DNA of 64,000 nt from assembly GCA_963794325.1 (NCBI GenBank), contig CAWCDG010000004.1, positions 1,248,001-1,312,000 on the forward strand. The letters run 5' to 3'. Origin of the DNA: an uncultured delta proteobacterium (lineage in GTDB: Bacteria; Desulfobacterota; Binatia; Binatales; Binataceae). The notes under the pieces were generated by a model. The model had not been told where the DNA came from. It saw nothing but the letters and a program-made list of their open reading frames with translations, and made no database searches. Shown here piece after piece: positions 58,466 to 64,000 of this stretch (the stretch's first letter is position 1; each line of letters opens with the position of its first letter). The translations under genes were made by a program, and so were the position numbers.

Positions 58466-59167
58466 ATGAAAACTGCGATCGCCATCAGGCATGTGCACTT
58501 CGAGGATCTTGGTAGCCTGGAGCCGGCGCTCAAGCGCGCCGGATATAAGGTTCGCTATGCCGATTGCTGTGTTGATGACATCGCGGCGCTCGATCCGGTT
58601 GCTCCGGATCTCGTCGTCGTGCTCGGCGGACCAATCGGTGCATACGAAGTGGATATTTATCCGACGCTCAAAGACGAGCTGAACCTGCTCGAGATGCGGC
58701 TGAGCGCGAATCGGCCGACGATCGGAATATGCCTGGGGGCGCAGTTGATGGCGCGAGCGTTGGGCGCCCGCGTTTATCCGTCGGGAGTCAAAGAAATTGG
58801 ATGGGGCCAAATCGCTCTGCGTCCCGCGGGATGCGAGTCGGCGATTCGCCACCTGGGAAGCGACGATACCAAGGTGCTCCACTGGCACGGCGATACCTTC
58901 GATTTACCCGAAGGGGCGACTTTGCTCGCATCGACAGAGATCTGCCGCAACCAGGCTTTCTCATGGGGCCGCAACTCGCTCGGCTTCCAGTTTCATCCGG
59001 AGGCAACGGCGGCGCGGCTCGAGCAATGGTTTATTGGCCATGCATGCGAACTCGCGAGCGCGAAACTTTCCGTCGCGGCACTTCGTGCAGAGACCGCGCG
59101 CTACGCCGCGCGACTGGAAATTCAGGCGCGCAGATGTTTCGACGAATGGCTTACCTCGATCGCATGA
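58466..59167 (+). CDS. Class I glutamine amidotransferase
   Basis: VLGGPIG, GICLGAQL (Cys), HWHGDTF, FQFHPE. Confidence 0.92.
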   Translation: MKTAIAIRHVHFEDLGSLEPALKRAGYKVRYADCCVDDIAALDPVAPDLVVVLGGPIGAYEVDIYPTLKDELNLLEMRLSANRPTIGICLGAQLMARALGARVYPSGVKEIGWGQIALRPAGCESAIRHLGSDDTKVLHWHGDTFDLPEGATLLASTEICRNQAFSWGRNSLGFQFHPEATAARLEQWFIGHACELASAKLSVAALRAETARYAARLEIQARRCFDEWLTSIA

Positions 59168-59292
59168 TCCATCACCCGTTGCACCCCATACAGCAAAACT
59201 GACTTTGCGCTCAGCTTGATTCGCCGGTTAGGCCGCGCGATGCTTGGCGAGCGCTATCGTGCGTTCACCGTCCTACTTCGAGGAGACTCGCG

Positions 59293-59838
59293 ATGAATCG
59301 ACGAGAGTTTCTGCGCGGCTTTTTGGCAATCCTTTGGGCCGGTGTGATCGTTTCGAGTGTCGCCGGCATAGCTCGGGCGGCGGGGTCGACGCGCGATTTG
59401 TCCGCCTTCAAGGACGCCAGCTACATCTATATTGCGACTGTAAGAAAGGACGGCAATCAGAGTCGCGCCGTCCGCGTGTGGTTCATCGTGAGTCCGGACA
59501 ATAAGATCCTGATCGACACCAATAGCGACAGCTGGAAGGCAAAAAGGATCAAGCGCGGCAGCCCGGTGCTCATTTGGCTCGGTTCGGAAACCGGCCCCGC
59601 CTTTATCGGCAAGCCTGAGATCGTCCAGGACAAAGCGATTCAGGATTCGATGATCGAAAAGATACCCGAGAAATACACCCTGGCGAAGGTCGGTTTCTTC
59701 GGTCCGAAACGCGCCAAGTTCGATGACGGTGAGATCATCACAATAAAAATCTCACCGGTGCGCGATCTACCGGATGGGTTCACCTCCGCACCGGGAACAC
59801 CAGCGCCGAAGTTGGACGAACCCGCGTCCGCTCCCTGA
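59293..59838 (+). CDS. PNPOx-like split-barrel protein with Tat signal
   Basis: NRREFL twin-arginine motif; YIATVRKDG....V.VWF; SWKAKRI. Confidence 0.75.
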   Translation: MNRREFLRGFLAILWAGVIVSSVAGIARAAGSTRDLSAFKDASYIYIATVRKDGNQSRAVRVWFIVSPDNKILIDTNSDSWKAKRIKRGSPVLIWLGSETGPAFIGKPEIVQDKAIQDSMIEKIPEKYTLAKVGFFGPKRAKFDDGEIITIKISPVRDLPDGFTSAPGTPAPKLDEPASAP

Positions 59839-59858
59839 CACGATCGCGGGTGGCACCG

Positions 59859-60722
59859 CTACTCCTTGGTTGCGAAGCGTTCGCGCAACGCGTTCCATTC
59901 ATCGGCGCCGAAGCGCCGGAAGGTGTCCATGACAGTTGCGCCTTCGGGCGTGCTGGGAGACGCGCCCGATTCCTTGACGGTCCGCAATGCCTGATCGGCT
60001 GCGGCCATCACCGCGTCCAAAAGAAGGACCGGCAAGATCGCGACGCGGTAACCAAGCGCCTGCGCCTCCGGCAGGGTAATGAGCGGAGTCTTTCCGCCCG
60101 GCACGACGTTGAGCAGACAGGGTCCTTTCACGCGTTGAGGGACCATCGCGAGTTCTTCGGTGGTCTGCATCGCTTCCACGAACGCCATCCCTGCGCCGGC
60201 CGCCAATGCGGCATTGGCGCGGGCGATGGCCTCGTCGAAACCGGCTACGGCGCGCGAGTCGGTGCGAGCGATAATCAGAAAATCCGCGTCACGACGCGCG
60301 GCAACCGCAGCCCTGATCTTCGAGATGAACTCCGCCTGCGGAATGATCTCCTTGCCGTCGAGATGGCCGCAGCGCTTGGGCGACGCCTGATCTTCTATAT
60401 GGATGCCGGCGACGCCTCGTGCCTCGAATTCGCGCACGGTGCGCGTGACATTAAGCTCGTTCCCATAGCCGGTGTCGGCGTCGGCAATCAGCGGAATCTC
60501 CACGGTGCGCGCGAGCACAGCCGCGTTGTCCACCATCTCGCTCATACTGAGCAGCCCGAAATCGGGAAATCCACGCGCCATCGAGGTGCCCGCGCCGGTC
60601 ATGTACACGGCGGCGAAGCCGGCCTGCTCGATCAGCCGCGCCGTAATAGCGTCGTAGGCGCCGGGAGCAGTGACTATGCCGGGTTGGCCGAGAAGCTCGC
60701 GAAGCCGCGCAGTTGGTTTCAT
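59859..60722 (-). CDS. Isocitrate lyase/PEP mutase family protein (PrpB-like)
   Basis: DADTGYG, IEDQ..PKRCGH, IIARTD. Confidence 0.92.
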   Translation of the reverse strand: MKPTARLRELLGQPGIVTAPGAYDAITARLIEQAGFAAVYMTGAGTSMARGFPDFGLLSMSEMVDNAAVLARTVEIPLIADADTGYGNELNVTRTVREFEARGVAGIHIEDQASPKRCGHLDGKEIIPQAEFISKIRAAVAARRDADFLIIARTDSRAVAGFDEAIARANAALAAGAGMAFVEAMQTTEELAMVPQRVKGPCLLNVVPGGKTPLITLPEAQALGYRVAILPVLLLDAVMAAADQALRTVKESGASPSTPEGATVMDTFRRFGADEWNALRERFATKE

Positions 60723-60922
60723 GTTCGCACTCCCTCTGTGTGTTAGGAAAGTACCTAAACATTTTAGAGCATAAGAGGAGGCGGGGACACCGAGTAGGGT
60801 TATGTCAGATCAGCGCGGGTATTGGATGCGGCCGGAAGAGATAGAAGTCGCGATACCGAAGTGCTAGGCATTTGGTTGCTTCGCCCGAGTGAATTTTGTC
60901 CAGCCTTAGGGGAGGTCTCTAC

Positions 60923-62143
60923 ATGACACAAGAGCCCTACATACTTATCACCGCTGACACCCACGGGGGCGGCAGCCATGCCCAATATCGCGAATACCTC
61001 GATCCCCAGTGGCGCGAGGCCTTTGACGAATGGCGCGGCGGATACAAGAACCCGTCCCAGGAGCACTACGGCTCCAAAAAGATGAGGAACTGGGATTACG
61101 GCATCCGCAACAAGGACCAGGACAGTCAGGGAGTCGTCGGCGAGGTAGTATTTCCCAACACAGTCCCGCCGTTCTATCGCAAGAGCATCGTCACGGCCCA
61201 TCCGCCTAAGCCTGAAAACTACGAGCGGTGCCTGGCGGGTATCCGTGCTCACAATCGCTGGCTAAAGGACTTCTGTGACGAGGATCCAGTGCGGCGCGCC
61301 GGGATTGGACTGATTCTGCCGAATGACTTCGACGAAGCGATCAAGGATATCGAGTTCATAGCCAAGTCGGGGCTGCGCGGCGGCGTTCTGCTGCCGCTCA
61401 TTCCGCCGGACGCTTACTGGCTGAAGCCGCTCTTTCATCCATCCTGGGACAGGGTGTTTGCCGCTATCCAGGATCATGGCCTCGTCCTCAATCAGCATAC
61501 GGGCCAGGGCTTGCCGGACTACGGCGATGACGTGGTGGGCCAATCGATATGGATCCAGGACGTGGCCTACTACGGTCAAGCCGGCTACCGGCATCTCCTG
61601 ATGGCCGGCGTGTACGAGAAGTTCCCGAAGCTCAGGCACATCCTGACCGAGTCGGGCTGCTACTGGGTTCCAGAAGTACTCAAGCAGCTCGACCGTGCTT
61701 ACTACGCGATCAAGGCGGGTGCCTTGGGCGAGATGAACTATGCGGGAATGGAAATGCCGCTGAAAGCGCCGCCCAGCGAGTATGCGAAGCGTCACTGCTA
61801 CTACGGCGCGAGCTTCCCTAGCAAAGCCGATCTCGCGGGCATCGATGAGATCGGTGAGGATCACGTCCTGTGGGGCAACGACTATCCTCACTATGAGGGA
61901 ACCTTTCCATACAACCTACAATCCCTGCGCCTGACCTTCGGCGATATGCCAGAGCCGCGTCGGCGAAAGGTGCTGGGATTGAACGCCGCGGCGCTCTACA
62001 ACTTCGACTTGCAGGAGTTGAAGCTTCGGGCGTCAAAAGTTGGTCCGACACCTGCGCAAGTGGAGACTCCGCTGCCGCGCGAAGAAATCCCTCGTGACAG
62101 TGCTTGCTATCTCTTCCGGGACGCCCTTCAGGAGGCATCCTAG
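60923..62143 (+). CDS. Amidohydrolase family protein
   Basis: ITADTH, AHNRWL.DFC, LTESG, WGNDYPHYEGT. Confidence 0.88.
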   Translation: MTQEPYILITADTHGGGSHAQYREYLDPQWREAFDEWRGGYKNPSQEHYGSKKMRNWDYGIRNKDQDSQGVVGEVVFPNTVPPFYRKSIVTAHPPKPENYERCLAGIRAHNRWLKDFCDEDPVRRAGIGLILPNDFDEAIKDIEFIAKSGLRGGVLLPLIPPDAYWLKPLFHPSWDRVFAAIQDHGLVLNQHTGQGLPDYGDDVVGQSIWIQDVAYYGQAGYRHLLMAGVYEKFPKLRHILTESGCYWVPEVLKQLDRAYYAIKAGALGEMNYAGMEMPLKAPPSEYAKRHCYYGASFPSKADLAGIDEIGEDHVLWGNDYPHYEGTFPYNLQSLRLTFGDMPEPRRRKVLGLNAAALYNFDLQELKLRASKVGPTPAQVETPLPREEIPRDSACYLFRDALQEAS

Positions 62144-62145
62144 GC

Positions 62146-63009
62146 ATGGGGATGCCGGCCGACATTGGCATAGTCGATACGATGATCGGCTTTCCCGCCG
62201 AAGATTTCAAAATGTACGATTTTATCCGCGCGCAGCTCAAAGATCCGTCGGCGAAATTCGATTTCCCTGTCGAGTACATGTTTAAGAGCGTGCCGAAAGA
62301 GTTGTACGGGTCGTCAAAGGATCCGATTGCGGTGACCTTGCACGAGATGGATCGGTTCGGCATCGAGATAGGTCTCATCGGCGCCGGCGGAGAAGTCTCA
62401 ACCAAGGCACTGAAGGACCATCCGGACAGGTTCATCCCCATCGGCAACGTGGACCCTAACCGTGGCATGGACGGCATCCGCGACATGGTGCGGCAGCACG
62501 AAATGTATGGTGTGCGCGCCTTCGGCGCGTTCAACGCGGGCTACAATCCGCAAGTAGGTATCGGCGACCCGTTGATGTACCCAATCTACGCCAAGTGCGT
62601 CGAGCTGGGCGTCCCAATCTTCGCCTGCGCCGGCGTCCCGGGCCCGAGGTTTCCTATGTGGCCACAGGAAGTACGACTGATCGATCAGGTTATGTACGAC
62701 TTCCCGGAACTGGTCTTTGTGACCCGTCACGGCTGCGAACCGTGGGAAGACCTGGCGATCAAGCTGATGCTGAAATGGCCCAACCTATACTATTCGACTT
62801 CCGCCTTTGCGCCCAAGCACTACCCGGAAGCCATCATTCGTTACGCCAATACTCGAGGCGCAGACCGGATCATCTATGCGGGCTACTTCCCGATGGGCCT
62901 GTCGCTCGAGCGGATCATGACCGACATGAAGTCAGTGCCCTTCAATGACAACGTCTGGCCGAAGTTCTTGCGCGACAACGCCCGCAAGGTATTGAAGTTG
63001 AAGGCCTGA
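62146..63009 (+). CDS. Amidohydrolase_2 family protein
   Basis: YPIYAKCVELGVP, GVPGPR, DFPEL..V.RHG.EPW, NLYY.TSA. Confidence 0.85.
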   Translation: MGMPADIGIVDTMIGFPAEDFKMYDFIRAQLKDPSAKFDFPVEYMFKSVPKELYGSSKDPIAVTLHEMDRFGIEIGLIGAGGEVSTKALKDHPDRFIPIGNVDPNRGMDGIRDMVRQHEMYGVRAFGAFNAGYNPQVGIGDPLMYPIYAKCVELGVPIFACAGVPGPRFPMWPQEVRLIDQVMYDFPELVFVTRHGCEPWEDLAIKLMLKWPNLYYSTSAFAPKHYPEAIIRYANTRGADRIIYAGYFPMGLSLERIMTDMKSVPFNDNVWPKFLRDNARKVLKLKA

Positions 63010-63033
63010 ACGAGGACCCGGCTCTCAGGCGTT

Positions 63034-63807
63034 TCAGTCCTTGATCACGATCCAGGTGGGTGCGTGGTCGCTCGCTTTTTCCCAGCCGCGGACCTCGCGA
63101 TCGACGCCTGCACTCACCAGACGTGGAGCGGCCGACGGACTGAGTAGCAGATGGTCGATGCGCAGGCCGGCGTTGCGCGCATAGTTATTTCGGAAGTAAT
63201 CCCAGAAGGTGTAGATGCGCTCATCCGGATGCAGCTTGCGGATCGCGTCGGTCCATCCCATCGCGACAAGATTAGCGAACGCGGTCCTTACCTCCGGCAG
63301 ATAGAGCGCATCCTTAACCCAATGTTCGGGCTTATAGACGTCATTCTCGGTCGGGATAACATTGTAATCGCCCGCGAGAACGATCGGCTCTTTCGTAGCC
63401 AGCAGGTCTTGCGCGTGTTTCGTAAGTCGCTCCAACCACCGCAGCTTGTAATCGAACTTCGGGCCGGGCGCGGGATTACCGTTGGGCAGATAGAGGCATC
63501 CGACGCGCACGCCATTGATCATCGCCTCGATGTAGCGGCTATGCAGGTCCTCTGAATCGCCGGGCAGCGCGCGCCGACTCTCGACCGGATCTGCGCCCCG
63601 CGCGAGGATCGCGACACCGTTCCAGCTTTTCTGCCCGTGCCAGACGACCCCATAGCCGGCGTCGCGAACACTGGCTTCCGGAAATTTCTCCTGAGGCGCC
63701 TTCAACTCCTGAAGGCACGCAACATCCGGTTTGGATTCCGCGAGCCAGCGGATCAGCGCCGGCAGGCGAGCGCCGATGCCGTTGACGTTGTAGGTCGCGA
63801 TCTTCAT
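63034..63807 (-). CDS. xth: Exodeoxyribonuclease III
   Basis: MKIATYNVNG, LQELK, YLPNGN, GDYN, GLRIDH, SDHAP. Confidence 0.96.
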   Translation of the reverse strand: MKIATYNVNGIGARLPALIRWLAESKPDVACLQELKAPQEKFPEASVRDAGYGVVWHGQKSWNGVAILARGADPVESRRALPGDSEDLHSRYIEAMINGVRVGCLYLPNGNPAPGPKFDYKLRWLERLTKHAQDLLATKEPIVLAGDYNVIPTENDVYKPEHWVKDALYLPEVRTAFANLVAMGWTDAIRKLHPDERIYTFWDYFRNNYARNAGLRIDHLLLSPSAAPRLVSAGVDREVRGWEKASDHAPTWIVIKD

Positions 63808-63861
63808 CAGGCCGTCGATAAAAACCTGTCACATTGCGCCAATGGTTTGTAGACTTAGCTG

Positions 63862-64000
63862 GTGCCGAAGGAAGACGCCACCGAATTGCTCTCGATCGAT
63901 GGACGCGAGATCCGCGTCAGCAATCCGCGGAAGCTGTACTTCTCGAAGCAGACCAGGCTCACGAAACTGGAGCTGGTTCGCTACTACTTGTCGATCGCGC
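63862..64000 (+). CDS. LigD-type primase-polymerase domain protein (5' fragment, truncated by the window edge)
   Basis: IDGREIRVSNPRKLYF...TKLELVRYYLSIA. Confidence 0.75.
   Translation, partial: MPKEDATELLSIDGREIRVSNPRKLYFSKQTRLTKLELVRYYLSIA

Overview
High-GC bacterial chromosomal window. Gene content (F420-type LLM enzymes, tandem P450s, amidohydrolases, eukaryote/archaea-type ProRS) is compatible with a Binatota-like soil organism, but that is inference. Most of it is housekeeping or metabolic: tRNA-Ala, recN-nadK, nfo-trpS, proS, a peptide ABC transporter, propionyl-CoA carboxylase/methylmalonyl-CoA mutase, glgP, MarR-EmrAB, xth and a partial ligD. The standout is a 3.35-kb cassette (8778-12125) between trpS and proS with no transposase. 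It has ~73-bp terminal inverted repeats and a 10-bp target duplication that splits a dispersed repeat. It carries a coupled four-gene operon: a small HIRAN-like protein with an MGSSG N-terminus, a PfkB kinase-nucleoside deoxyribosyltransferase fusion, a QueC-family ligase and an HhH DNA glycosylase. I interpret this as a candidate undescribed deazaguanine-linked anti-phage system. Other points: a SelW-like selenoprotein (CxxU plus SECIS-like hairpin) missing from the ORF track, a RES-Xre toxin-antitoxin pair, a TIR/NDT-like two-gene unit, a Bacteroidota-like DUF1460-GT2-DUF4922-SpoIID cluster, TetR and MarR operator sets, several palindromic repeat families, and three frameshifts that may be assembly errors. 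No CRISPR array or rRNA was seen.
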